A stretch of 64,000 nt of DNA. Source: Candidatus Aenigmatarchaeota archaeon (lineage in GTDB: Archaea > Aenigmatarchaeota > Aenigmatarchaeia > CG10238-14 > SCSR01). A program made the position numbers and the translations under genes. Positions within the stretch are counted from its first letter, which is position 1. Every line of letters begins with the position of its first letter. The notes beneath the pieces were generated by a model. The model made no database searches and was not told the DNA's origin. It saw nothing but the letters and a program-made list of their open reading frames with translations. The stretch lies in the NCBI GenBank assembly GCA_038998335.1, contig JAVZHQ010000001.1, forward strand, positions 64,001-128,000, in the 5' to 3' direction. Below are positions 40,287-50,064 of the stretch, one piece after another.

Positions 40287-41897
40287 CTATTTTTTCTTCT
40301 TCAAAATTTTGGCTTGTTTATAATAAAACTTAATGTACTTTGTTACTTCAATATAATCTTTTATTCCTTTTTCTCTTAAACTTTCAAGAAACTTTTCCCT
40401 TCTTTTTATTTCTTTTATTGCTTCTTCAACTCTTCCGCCCAGCTCTTCAACTATTTCCTTTATTTTCACGCTTTCATAAAACTTTTCATAAGTATCCTTT
40501 GTAGGGTTCCACCTAAAAACAGGGTTTGCTTTTACTTCTCCTGTCTTAGGATCTACTGATTGTATCTCTACAACTTCCTTAACTCTTCTTGCAGATTCTC
40601 CTTTTTCTTTTGCATGAGTCATTATAACAATGACATCTAAGCTTTCTAAAAGCGTGGGAGGAAGCTCTATTGGTGGAGAAGTTAGCCTTTTAATAACAGT
40701 GTCAACACTTCCTGCATGAAAAGTACTTAAGCAAGGATGTCCTGAAGACATTCCTTGAAACATAACATAAGCTTCCTTTCCTCTTGTCTCTCCAACTATC
40801 ACATAATCAGGGTTTTGTCTAAAACTTTCTTTAAGTAAGTCAAAAAGTGTGACTTCGCCGTACTTTTCTCCGCTAGGTAAAGGAATACCAAAGCCTACTC
40901 TTGCTAAAGTAGGAATCCAATGTTCATGAGGAATTCTTATCTCTCTTGTATCTTCTATCGAAACGATTTTTGCTTCTGAAGGAATAAACATGCATAAACT
41001 ATTTAAAAAAGAGGTTTTACCGGTTGCTACTCCACCAACGATTAGAATTGAAGCTTTATGTTCTATCAAGTACCAAAAATATGCTAGCAGCTCAGCACTT
41101 GCTGTGTTTAACTCAATTTGCTCTATTGGCGAAATTGGTTTTGTGGTAAACTTTCTTATGGTAAAAGTTGGTCCCCTTGTTGCTACATCTCCAGCAAGAG
41201 TAGCAGAAACTCTTGAGCCGTCTGGTAAAGTACCTGAAAGTATAGGTTCAGCATAGCTTACATACCTTCCGCATTTTTCCGCTAGCTTAATCACAAATTC
41301 TCTCAACTTTTCAACCTCTGTAAAAATTACATTTGTTTTTATCGAACCAAATTTCCTGTGAATAATGTAGATTGGAATGTTAACCCCATCGCAACTTATA
41401 TCTTCTATGTTTGGGTCCTGCAGTAAAGGTTCTATCTCGTTTAAACCAATAAAATTTCGGTAGATGTAATACATAAGTTTAATGTAAGTTATTCTTGAAA
41501 GTTTAAGCCCAAACTCTTTTATTATTTTTAAAACGTTTTGTTGCAAGTATTCCATAGCTTTTGAAACTTCTTTAATGGCAGTAAGCTCAACTTCTATTAA
41601 CTCTATTAAAGCTTCGGAAATTCTCTCTAGAATTTCTCTTTCACTTTCTGTTAGCTCAGGTTCTATCAAGTTATAAACCAACTCTTGATTTTGTTTGTCC
41701 CATTTTATATGGGCAAAAGCAAAGGGCTCGATCAAAGGATAAATAACATTAACTCTTGTCAAATCATGATAAGTAGGGATTTCCACTATTCTTTCCTGTT
41801 TTTTTAACACAAAAGAAGGAAAAGGCTTCCTCTCTTTTTTTATCAGTTTTCTGTAAAGAACTCCTTTCAAACTTTTTACTTTGTTCAACATAATCAT
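40287..41897 (-). CDS. Type IV pilus assembly ATPase (TadA/VirB11/FlaI-like)
   Basis: GGVATGKTS, SIEDTRE, RQNPDYVIVGETRG, GHPCLSTFHA. Confidence 0.93.
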   Translation of the reverse strand: MIMLNKVKSLKGVLYRKLIKKERKPFPSFVLKKQERIVEIPTYHDLTRVNVIYPLIEPFAFAHIKWDKQNQELVYNLIEPELTESEREILERISEALIELIEVELTAIKEVSKAMEYLQQNVLKIIKEFGLKLSRITYIKLMYYIYRNFIGLNEIEPLLQDPNIEDISCDGVNIPIYIIHRKFGSIKTNVIFTEVEKLREFVIKLAEKCGRYVSYAEPILSGTLPDGSRVSATLAGDVATRGPTFTIRKFTTKPISPIEQIELNTASAELLAYFWYLIEHKASILIVGGVATGKTSFLNSLCMFIPSEAKIVSIEDTREIRIPHEHWIPTLARVGFGIPLPSGEKYGEVTLFDLLKESFRQNPDYVIVGETRGKEAYVMFQGMSSGHPCLSTFHAGSVDTVIKRLTSPPIELPPTLLESLDVIVIMTHAKEKGESARRVKEVVEIQSVDPKTGEVKANPVFRWNPTKDTYEKFYESVKIKEIVEELGGRVEEAIKEIKRREKFLESLREKGIKDYIEVTKYIKFYYKQAKILKKKK

Positions 41898-42175
41898 CTC
41901 ATGTGCTTTTTTCTTATGCTTTTTCCTGGCTTAGAAATTCCCCAGAACCTTGCACAAGCAGGACAAATCCTCATTTTTGTACTCATAAGATGAATAAATC
42001 TTTTGTCAGTTTGCTGGAGGATTAAAGGGTCGGTAATTCTTAACCCTTTAGTTACAACAAAAGTTTTGTATCTAGGTACTTCCCTTTTACAAACTCCGCA
42101 TGTCACAGTGGTTTCACTTCCTCTTGCCTTAGTGTGAGCATACTTTCTTCTGTAAGGAGCAGTGCTAACTGGCAT
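41894..42175 (-). CDS. rps26e: 30S ribosomal protein eS26-like
   Basis: RG...VTCGVCKREVPRYK...CPACARFWGI; zinc-ligand spacing and size match S26e. Confidence 0.75.
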   Translation of the reverse strand: MPVSTAPYRRKYAHTKARGSETTVTCGVCKREVPRYKTFVVTKGLRITDPLILQQTDKRFIHLMSTKMRICPACARFWGISKPGKSIRKKHMR

Positions 42176-42223
42176 ACCATCACCTAATCATAGTTAGTGT
42201 TTTAGAAATTAAATAAGTTAACT

Positions 42224-43726
42224 TTATCTTTTTTTCAATTTCTTTATTTCAAGATATTTTCTTCTATTTTCTTCTTTAACTATTCCTTCAATCGTATAAA
42301 TTCCAGCTTCTATTAACCTAGGTGAAGTAGCATAAATAATTCCTGTGTTGTCTTCCAAGGCGTAAATATTTGGAATGCCGTATGCGTGGGGTTTAAGCTC
42401 TGCATATAAAGTTATATAAGAGTTTGGTTTTACTTTTTTAATTATTTCCTCAATGGTATGGCTAGGTCTACTTTTTTTAATGCGTATGAAAAGTATTAAG
42501 CTTAGAATTAAGACTAAAATCAAAAGTAGAAAAACGTAGATTTGAGGCAAACCCCAAAGAATTGTTATTTGTTTCTTGTTTTCTATTATAAATCTGAGAA
42601 TCTCTACTAGCTTCTCTGTTTCATAAACAAGCTCGCTTGCTCTTTCTGGGTTCTCTTTCGCAATCTCCTCTTCAATTTCTGTAAGTTTTCCTTTAACCAA
42701 AGATAGAATCATTTTTATTTCTCTTACATCAACTTTATTTTCCTCCAGGACCTTACTTCGGTTTTCTAAAATTTCAATGTCTCTTTTTAAATCTTCCAAC
42801 TTTTTTTGAAGTTCAGAATAGTTAAAAACTCTTCTCACACTTACAGTTATTTGAAAAGACATAAGAATTTCTCTACTTACTAGGGTAATCGAGATTGGGT
42901 AATCTTTTATCAGAGCGTTAGGTGGTATAGTTAACCTTACAGTAAAGTTTTGAGTTTCATTTGGTTTGAGTGTTATGTTATGAGGGTAAATGGAAAACCA
43001 ACTCAATTCCAAACCTTCTAGAAAAAGAAAAATTTCACTAATGTTAGTTTCACCTAAGTTTTTAATGCTTATGTAAAAAATTTTTGTTGTATTAAGCAAT
43101 GCTATGATTTTTTCAGGATAATAAACTTCTACCTCTTTTCTTAACTCTCTAGGGAAGGGCGGAGAAGGTATTCCTGGCTGTGGTAGAGCTACAGAAGGCA
43201 AAGCAACTTCGAAAATGTCTTTTCCTGTACTGTAATAGCCAGGTGCGGTTATCTCAACTTTAAACAAATAAGTTCCTTCAGAAGTATTAGAAGGAATAAG
43301 CAAACCTTTAATCGAGTTCCAAACATACCCATAACTTAGGTACAAAGTCGTAAAGTTTGAATTAAGAACATTACCAAGATTGTCCTCTACAATCCATTTG
43401 ACTGTTACTTCTCCTTCGTAAATTTCACTCTTTATACTTATGTTCGCGTATACTACTTCACCAGGATTAACTTTCTTTCTTAAGACATTTACACTAACAT
43501 TGAATACGTCCAAGTTTTCTCTTACTGTTACCTGTGAAGCTGCAAAGACCTCAATTATTTTCCCTGTTTTTATCAATTCTATAAATGCTTTAAATTGAGC
43601 AAGAAGGAAAATGGTTAGAAGTAAGAGAAGAATGATTAAAGCTTTTCCAACTATCTTGTTAGTTTTCATTAATAATTTTTTCGTTTTCCGAATATTTGAG
43701 GTTAGACTCTTGAGTCTCTTTTCCAA
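42224..43726 (-). CDS. Membrane-anchored surface protein (Ig/NEW3-like domains, coiled coil, C-terminal OB-like)
   Basis: N- and C-terminal TM segments, IKNLGE...LKPNETQNFTVRLTIP; start uncertain. Confidence 0.6.
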   Translation of the reverse strand: MEKRLKSLTSNIRKTKKLLMKTNKIVGKALIILLLLLTIFLLAQFKAFIELIKTGKIIEVFAASQVTVRENLDVFNVSVNVLRKKVNPGEVVYANISIKSEIYEGEVTVKWIVEDNLGNVLNSNFTTLYLSYGYVWNSIKGLLIPSNTSEGTYLFKVEITAPGYYSTGKDIFEVALPSVALPQPGIPSPPFPRELRKEVEVYYPEKIIALLNTTKIFYISIKNLGETNISEIFLFLEGLELSWFSIYPHNITLKPNETQNFTVRLTIPPNALIKDYPISITLVSREILMSFQITVSVRRVFNYSELQKKLEDLKRDIEILENRSKVLEENKVDVREIKMILSLVKGKLTEIEEEIAKENPERASELVYETEKLVEILRFIIENKKQITILWGLPQIYVFLLLILVLILSLILFIRIKKSRPSHTIEEIIKKVKPNSYITLYAELKPHAYGIPNIYALEDNTGIIYATSPRLIEAGIYTIEGIVKEENRRKYLEIKKLKKR

Positions 43727-44315
43727 TTTCTGGTTTTTTCACACTTGATAGTAATTTTTTCTTTATTCTTAATGCTATCACCAGTAGGATGAACGTTAAT
43801 ATTACTACACTTATCACAAAAATATAAAATGATAGAAAGTTGCCTATTCGAACAGTTAAAGGAGCTTGTACAACAGAAACAGCAGTACTTCCAAGGCCTG
43901 CAGCTTTTCCAGGGATGGCACTTGCAAATATTGCTCCGCTATAGTTTACTGGATAGAAAGGTGGCCATCTAAAAGGATTAGCGTAAAAGCATATTTTAAC
44001 ATCTTGCTTGTTTGCAAGTTTTGCAGCATTATCCTTTGGGTCGCCTGTATAAGGTGGTAAGTAAACTTCTTTTGGTTCTATTTTCGTTATGAGTGATGCT
44101 AATTTTTCATCAACACTTATTTGTGCAGTTACTTCGGTATCGAAAGGATTATAAACAGAGTAAAAAATGCATTTTTCCTCGAACTCTCTAAGGAATATTT
44201 CTTCCAAACTCCATTTTATTCCAACACCAACGTCTGCTTTCACTATAGGAAAGAATAAAATAGAAGTCAAAAGAAGAGAAATAAATTGTTTAAGCATAAT
44301 TAAATATATTCTCAT
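43659..44315 (-). CDS. Secreted Ig-like protein with C-terminal TM anchor
   Basis: Signal peptide, beta-rich core, C-terminal TM and basic tail. Confidence 0.6.
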   Translation of the reverse strand: MRIYLIMLKQFISLLLTSILFFPIVKADVGVGIKWSLEEIFLREFEEKCIFYSVYNPFDTEVTAQISVDEKLASLITKIEPKEVYLPPYTGDPKDNAAKLANKQDVKICFYANPFRWPPFYPVNYSGAIFASAIPGKAAGLGSTAVSVVQAPLTVRIGNFLSFYIFVISVVILTFILLVIALRIKKKLLSSVKKPEIGKETQESNLKYSENEKIINEN

Positions 44316-44329
44316 TTAATTTTTATACT

Positions 44330-44980
44330 TTAACATAAGGTAGTATTTTCTACTGCCTTAAAGTAAACATAGTTGCTATACTCTCCTGCATGAGTGTTGC
44401 TTGGCACGTCTAACGCAAACCTGAAATAAATTTCATCTGAAACTCCACCTACCCATTTATCTTCTACTGTTTTCTGATAAGTTTCGCTTATATCAGTAGT
44501 TGGTGGAAATGCTGGGTGCGTCCAATCGTTGGTATCGTCATCGAAACTATAATGATAATTTGTGTTTGGTATTTGATAGCTTCCTGAGGTTAACGGTTGG
44601 TTAACTCTTATACAAAGGTCTACATCAACATTGGTTGTTCCGTCAATAGTTATCCAGTATTGTGTATGCCCGGTAGAGTTAAAATTACCTGTAGCGTTAT
44701 TGTTTGTTGTACCAGTGTTTACATCCCCAAAGATTATTCCAGCAGTGAGGTTGTTTGACATGGCTATCGCAACATGTTTTGTTACGTTTGCGGTTGAAAC
44801 AGTGTATTTTTCATCGCTTTGTGTTAAAGCTAAGGGCAATAAGTAGAAAATCGTTGCTAGGAAGAGTAAAAAGAAGGTTAAGGAAGCAAATTTAGTGGCT
44901 CCTTTACCAATTTTCATTTTTTCATCACTATTTAATATTAATGTTAAACTTATATATATAGTTTTTTCATAAAAAGCCAA
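44330..44980 (-). CDS. Secreted beta-sandwich protein (putative fibre subunit)
   Basis: Signal peptide; domain paralogous to the C-terminus of 44984-46153. Confidence 0.6.
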   Translation of the reverse strand: MAFYEKTIYISLTLILNSDEKMKIGKGATKFASLTFFLLFLATIFYLLPLALTQSDEKYTVSTANVTKHVAIAMSNNLTAGIIFGDVNTGTTNNNATGNFNSTGHTQYWITIDGTTNVDVDLCIRVNQPLTSGSYQIPNTNYHYSFDDDTNDWTHPAFPPTTDISETYQKTVEDKWVGGVSDEIYFRFALDVPSNTHAGEYSNYVYFKAVENTTLC

Positions 44981-44983
44981 AAT

Positions 44984-46153
44984 CTAACTAGGTGGGGACA
45001 AATCACTCCTTCCTGCCCAGAAGTAGATAGTATTAGTGTAATTTCCAGCTCTCTGACTGGAAGGTACTTCCAGAACAAATTTCAAATACACGTAACTTCC
45101 GTCTGAAAGTAACGAGCCTATTTTATTATCTAAGTAGCTTGTAGTTAAGGATATGTTTTGAAGAGAGCTAGGGACAGTATTGTCTGTAGTTGAATTCCTA
45201 AACTTAAAGTTTGCTAAAGGAATAGAATAAGAATCAGAAATAAAATCTCCATTTGCTTTCATATAAACATTAACCGTATTTGGGGAACAACCGCTAATAA
45301 AAACAGTAAGATAATAATCTGTTGCAGCATTGCCATTATTTCCTAAAGCATCTTTTTTTTGTCCTGGATTTATTTCTCCAAAAAATACTCCTGAAGCTAG
45401 GGTGTTGGATAAACCCAAAGCAATTGCACATTCAGAAGTTGTTGTATAGGTAAAAACTTCACTTTCATTCCAGTTGTCAAAAGAATCGTTAGCGTAAACC
45501 TTCCATCTTATAGTACAACCTACAGTTGAGTTTATCGTTACAGTAAAGTTGCTCCAGGCTTTTTCTCCTTCTAAACTCATACCAGTTATGTTTTCCAATT
45601 CGCCTGTACAGTTATCGAAGCTAAAAATTGCATAACTTAAGTTATAATCTGTCCACAAGAGATTATGACTTACCGAAGTCCCTGCCAATGTTGAGTTTGT
45701 CGAGTTTAAAGAATAAGAAGGAGGGATTTTTACAGAGAAAGTCGTCGAGTTTCTTTTAACATTTCCGTAAGTGTCATTAGCGCTTACGTTAACAATCCAA
45801 GTGGAATCTGGATCTGTTTGAATTAAACTATAATTTTTCTCAAAAATCCAGCAATAAGTTCCGCAAGAAATGGTCGTATTCGTCATTAAGAGATTATTAT
45901 AAATTAGACTTCCGTTACTTGCTGTCAGGTTTAACCACACATAGTTTAAATTATTTTCACTATCACTGACATTAGCTCTTATGATAACTTTCTGAGGATA
46001 GGTAGCTACTGAAATCTCTATCAAACTTTCATTAAAAATTTGTGGGTTGTAAACGAATGGTGTAGCGAGAATTATTAGAGATTTTGGTACAATGTAAGAA
46101 ATAACTATAATGAAAAGGAAAGCTAAGATATAGAGCAAAAGTTTGTTTAACAT
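44984..46153 (-). CDS. Secreted multi-Ig surface protein
   Basis: Many N-x-S/T sequons, VSANDTYGN, VYANDSFDNWN. Confidence 0.65.
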   Translation of the reverse strand: MLNKLLLYILAFLFIIVISYIVPKSLIILATPFVYNPQIFNESLIEISVATYPQKVIIRANVSDSENNLNYVWLNLTASNGSLIYNNLLMTNTTISCGTYCWIFEKNYSLIQTDPDSTWIVNVSANDTYGNVKRNSTTFSVKIPPSYSLNSTNSTLAGTSVSHNLLWTDYNLSYAIFSFDNCTGELENITGMSLEGEKAWSNFTVTINSTVGCTIRWKVYANDSFDNWNESEVFTYTTTSECAIALGLSNTLASGVFFGEINPGQKKDALGNNGNAATDYYLTVFISGCSPNTVNVYMKANGDFISDSYSIPLANFKFRNSTTDNTVPSSLQNISLTTSYLDNKIGSLLSDGSYVYLKFVLEVPSSQRAGNYTNTIYFWAGRSDLSPPS

Positions 46154-46536
46154 GGTAAAAATTCCTCCAGCAAATCATACTTATAAGTTGTGTTATAAAA
46201 CCCTGCCCTTAGCCAGTAGATATAATTTCTTCTTGGCAATTCAATCGATATATTTTTTGTCTTGTTTTCTTTCAAAAAAATCTTATTTTCATAAATTGAT
46301 GCCCAGCATGTATGAGTTACTTTAATGATACCTTTACAGTTATGTGTTGAAATAAAAGAACAATTGAAAATGCAGTAGTTTTCATTTTGATAAATCTTCG
46401 TACACTTTGCTTTCACTTCGAGTTCTGTCGGTTCAAAGTTAAAATAAGGATAGACGAGACTACAAAATATTAGAAAAGGTATAAAAATTAGCAAAAATCT
46501 ATAGAACCTCATATATTTTGTACCCATTTTCATCAC
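46147..46536 (-). CDS. Small membrane-anchored Cys-containing protein
   Basis: N-terminal TM, operon packing. Confidence 0.5.
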   Translation of the reverse strand: MMKMGTKYMRFYRFLLIFIPFLIFCSLVYPYFNFEPTELEVKAKCTKIYQNENYCIFNCSFISTHNCKGIIKVTHTCWASIYENKIFLKENKTKNISIELPRRNYIYWLRAGFYNTTYKYDLLEEFLPC

Positions 46537-48046
46537 TATAGACTAACTTAAAGTATGTGGTATTATCAAATTGCTTTGGGTCTAAACCAACCCATTTCTC
46601 TCCTATGAAAATATGAGTAATATTGTAAGCTTTAAGTTCATTTATGCAACATGATGCGTTGATACTTATTCTTCTGTACAAATCTACTCTTTTTCTGTAT
46701 TCTTCTCTGTCATAATCTGCCCAGCAATAGTTGGAGAAGTAAAATATTTTCCTAGAGGTTAAGGGAAAAATTCTTTCACCATAACTTGCTGAAGCTCCGG
46801 TGCAACCTGAGCCACCACCATCTATGAGAAAGGTTGCATTTTCAGGAAGATTATTCCTAACCCAATTCATAACTTTGTTAAAATTATGGAAGTTTATGAA
46901 AGGAACAAAAATTTCTTGATAATTACTTAAAGCATTTATTAGAAATAAGATTGATGGTGATTGTACAAAGAAAAACAAAGGAATAAAAGCTAGGTTTAAA
47001 TAGTGATTATCGAACCAGTAGCCTAAAAATACGCAATAAACCAACCATAAAAAGGAAGCTGCCCTAAGCAGGTTTAACTCACCAAATACTAAAACAGAGG
47101 CTATAGAAAGAAAAAGGAAAAAATATGTTAAAAAATTTACTTTTTTTCTTAAAATGATTGTGAGAATTGAGAAGAAAAAACCAAGTAATAAAAAAGGAGA
47201 AAAAATAGTTCCAACATACGAGACAAAAAAGATTGTTTTAAATCTTTCCCAGGCATTCATTTCAAGTCTCCTTGCAGTAAAAGTTAACAGGTCTACGTAG
47301 TTCTCTTTAGATAGTTCACTTGCTCTTTCCACATCGAAGCTAATTCTAAAATATTTTAGAAAAGGAAGTACGAAAGGTAAAGAAATTAATGAGGCAAGTA
47401 TAAATGAAAGGCAAAACAATTTCCAAAAATTCAAATCTATCCTATCTTCAACAAATTGATACGTGAAGATTGAAAGCAAAGCGATGCAGAGAACCATAAA
47501 AAGATACCAATGGAACATAAAAATTCCAAACAAACCCAAGGTCATCAAAAAAAAGTTAGGTTTTTTCTCTAGCAGTTGCCATAATACCACTAAAAAGAAA
47601 AAAGAGGCAAAACCATAAGAAAACAGTCCAAAAAAATTGAAAATTAAAACGATATCAAAACCAAGAGAGTAAAAAAAGAAAGAGGCTATAGCTTTACTTT
47701 CACTCAGAAATACTCTTGCTATTTTATAAAAAACTAAAGTCCCTAAAAAGGAAAATAGAAAAGAAAAAAAAGTCACAGAGGTTACAGGATCTATCCCTAT
47801 AAACTCAAAGATAAAAGGTAAAAGAAACACTCCTGGAAAATAAAAAAACCCTCTAGCCAAATCATAGGGTCTTAAGTCTGTTGCAATTTGCTTTTTTAAA
47901 TACCAAACATGAGAAATTATAGTAAATCTACCTACATCAGCTCCTAAAATGGAGCCCACAGAATCAAATAAGTAAACTCTAAACCCTAAAGAAAGTAAAA
48001 GTATAAGAATAAACCAGAACCTATTATTATTAAAATTAATTTCCAC
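46499..48046 (-). CDS. Polytopic membrane protein, GT-C glycosyltransferase-like
   Basis: About 11 TM segments, GAD..., YFPG, C-terminal WVRNNLPENATFL...YNITHIFI...KIYEV domain. Confidence 0.65.
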   Translation of the reverse strand: MEINFNNNRFWFILILLLSLGFRVYLFDSVGSILGADVGRFTIISHVWYLKKQIATDLRPYDLARGFFYFPGVFLLPFIFEFIGIDPVTSVTFFSFLFSFLGTLVFYKIARVFLSESKAIASFFFYSLGFDIVLIFNFFGLFSYGFASFFFLVVLWQLLEKKPNFFLMTLGLFGIFMFHWYLFMVLCIALLSIFTYQFVEDRIDLNFWKLFCLSFILASLISLPFVLPFLKYFRISFDVERASELSKENYVDLLTFTARRLEMNAWERFKTIFFVSYVGTIFSPFLLLGFFFSILTIILRKKVNFLTYFFLFLSIASVLVFGELNLLRAASFLWLVYCVFLGYWFDNHYLNLAFIPLFFFVQSPSILFLINALSNYQEIFVPFINFHNFNKVMNWVRNNLPENATFLIDGGGSGCTGASASYGERIFPLTSRKIFYFSNYCWADYDREEYRKRVDLYRRISINASCCINELKAYNITHIFIGEKWVGLDPKQFDNTTYFKLVYSDENGYKIYEVL

Positions 48047-48576
48047 TTTCTCCTTCCCTCCTTGCTTATTTTAAAATTTAATAAATGTGCTGTGGTAAAT
48101 CTCCCCTCTTTTTTATCCTGCTCAAAGTGTTCTGCTTCATGAAAGATTTCGCTTACTGTAGCTAAAAAGGAAATTGGAAAATAAAAGAAATTAAAGGAGT
48201 TGAGAGGGAGTAAAAATAGTAATGAGTAACCAAAACCTTTGTAAAAAGCTGAAAATGGATATTTCTTTGCAACTTTGTAAAGGACACAAAGAAGCATTAT
48301 TGAAGTTACGATAAGAATTTGAAAAGAATTAATGTGAACAATACTTAAAAGAATTATTCCGGAGAATGAAAAAAAAGATGAAAAAAGTTTCTTGTCGTCC
48401 AAAGAGTGGGCAAATAGTAGCAAGAAAAAGCCTAAGATAAAATAGTAAACAGCGAGAAAATTAAAGAGTTTAACTAAGGTTACTCCCAAAAAAATTAAAC
48501 CTAATATGTGAAACCATTCTTTAAATTTATGAAATATTACTTGAAGCCAAAGGTTGCGATTTGTATTCACGCTCAT
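47986..48576 (-). CDS. UbiA prenyltransferase-like membrane protein (degenerate)
   Basis: Multi-TM, SLDD and HEAEHFEQDKKEGRFTTA. Confidence 0.55.
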   Translation of the reverse strand: MSVNTNRNLWLQVIFHKFKEWFHILGLIFLGVTLVKLFNFLAVYYFILGFFLLLFAHSLDDKKLFSSFFSFSGIILLSIVHINSFQILIVTSIMLLCVLYKVAKKYPFSAFYKGFGYSLLFLLPLNSFNFFYFPISFLATVSEIFHEAEHFEQDKKEGRFTTAHLLNFKISKEGRRKWKLILIIIGSGLFLYFYFL

Positions 48577-49769
48577 AGAGGAGACCCTACCATGGCTTGG
48601 ATGGGAAATTTGTTCTCTACTTTTTCAAACCCTTCGTTAGATTCAGAGAAGATAAAATTTCTCATAAGATCCCATTCTACTGGTGTATAAATCGAGCAAA
48701 AACATAGCTTAAGAATACTTTTTATTTTTTTCCCAAAGATTCTCCACAAGAAAATGTTTATACCTTCTTTTAGAAAATCAAAAAAAGACAAAGGTTTTAA
48801 GTCTCCTCTTTTTAAAGGAATAACGCAATGTTCAATTCCCAACATGTTTTTGAGTTTAAAAGGTAAAAATCTAAAACTCCAAAGAAGCTTCTTAACCTTA
48901 AGAAAGTACTCTGGGTTTACTTTTAATTCTTTAGCTAATATTTTGTACCCATCAGAAATGAAGAAATTTTTGTTTGGGTATTCTGTTAAAAATCTTACTT
49001 CCTCAACGAATGTATGTTTATCTGCGTACTCTATTATTTTCTTAATCTGGTCTTCGTTGAATCCTTTTCTTATTACTGGAACTAAAATAGTACTTATTCC
49101 TTCTTTCTCTAAGTTTTCTAAAGCTTTTAACTTAAGTTTAAGTAGGTTTTTTCCTCTGAATTCTTTGTAGATTTTGTCATCAAAACCGTCAAAACTTAGG
49201 TAAACTCCAACTAAACCAGCTTCCTTAAGCTTTTTTACATAATTTCTATTCGCTAGTTTTATCCCGTTTGTTATGATTAAAACTTTCCTTCCCATTTTAG
49301 TTAATAACTTTATTATTTTAGGCAAGTCTTTCCTCACTGTAGGTTCCCCTCCAGTTAAACTTATAAATCTAGACTTGTTCTTTTTTAGAAAGTGTTTTAT
49401 TTCTTCTATCGTCATATCTTTCATAGAGTGAGCAAAATTCAAGTAGCAAATCTTACATCTTAGGTTGCAACGAGAGGTTATGTATAGAGCTGTAGAAAAT
49501 TTTCTTTTTCTTATTTCTTCCCAAATTTCTTCTAAATTTTTTCCTTTTACTTTTTCTTTAAACGGAAGAATAAATTCTTTATAAAAGTTAGCATCTCTTT
49601 CTATCAAAAGTTTTTCTCCACACTCTTTTTCTAGAAAAACTCTATTGTTTCTTTCCACTATTCTTGCTCTTATAATTTTTAAATTTTTAATACAAACAGC
49701 TAGAGTATTATCTAAAATTCTCATAACTTCACCTCCAGAAAAAAGTACATTTTTTGTAATTTTTTCCAA
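48573..49769 (-). CDS. Radical SAM protein, MJ0619/Tes-like N-terminus
   Basis: CNLRCKIC, LTGGEPT, TNGI, YLSFDG; start probably MRILD (49724). Confidence 0.8.
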   Translation of the reverse strand: MEKITKNVLFSGGEVMRILDNTLAVCIKNLKIIRARIVERNNRVFLEKECGEKLLIERDANFYKEFILPFKEKVKGKNLEEIWEEIRKRKFSTALYITSRCNLRCKICYLNFAHSMKDMTIEEIKHFLKKNKSRFISLTGGEPTVRKDLPKIIKLLTKMGRKVLIITNGIKLANRNYVKKLKEAGLVGVYLSFDGFDDKIYKEFRGKNLLKLKLKALENLEKEGISTILVPVIRKGFNEDQIKKIIEYADKHTFVEEVRFLTEYPNKNFFISDGYKILAKELKVNPEYFLKVKKLLWSFRFLPFKLKNMLGIEHCVIPLKRGDLKPLSFFDFLKEGINIFLWRIFGKKIKSILKLCFCSIYTPVEWDLMRNFIFSESNEGFEKVENKFPIQAMVGSPL

Positions 49770-50064
49770 GTGTGAAGAATTTTTGAATTTCGTCTATAGG
49801 GAATTCTCTACACTCTAAAGGTTTTCTTTTTTGAATAGAACATAAGTTTTTTTTAAAGTGAGGACATTTTAAACCTTTAAACTGACAGCACAGTCCACAA
49901 CGAGAACAAAAACCTTTTCGTTTTTTAAGTTTATATTTTACATAATTTTTTCTGTACTTTTTAATAAATCTTGTATAAGAATCTCTTATCAGTTTACTTA
50001 GTTTCATTCTGGCAAAAGTAAAAAAGGAGCATTCACCTTCTACATAACTTGTTTTTACATACAT
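49729..50064 (-). CDS. YkgJ/FliB-like Cys-cluster protein
   Basis: CSRCGLCC...CPH...CSIQKRKPLECREFP. Confidence 0.8.
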   Translation of the reverse strand: MYVKTSYVEGECSFFTFARMKLSKLIRDSYTRFIKKYRKNYVKYKLKKRKGFCSRCGLCCQFKGLKCPHFKKNLCSIQKRKPLECREFPIDEIQKFFTLGKNYKKCTFFWR

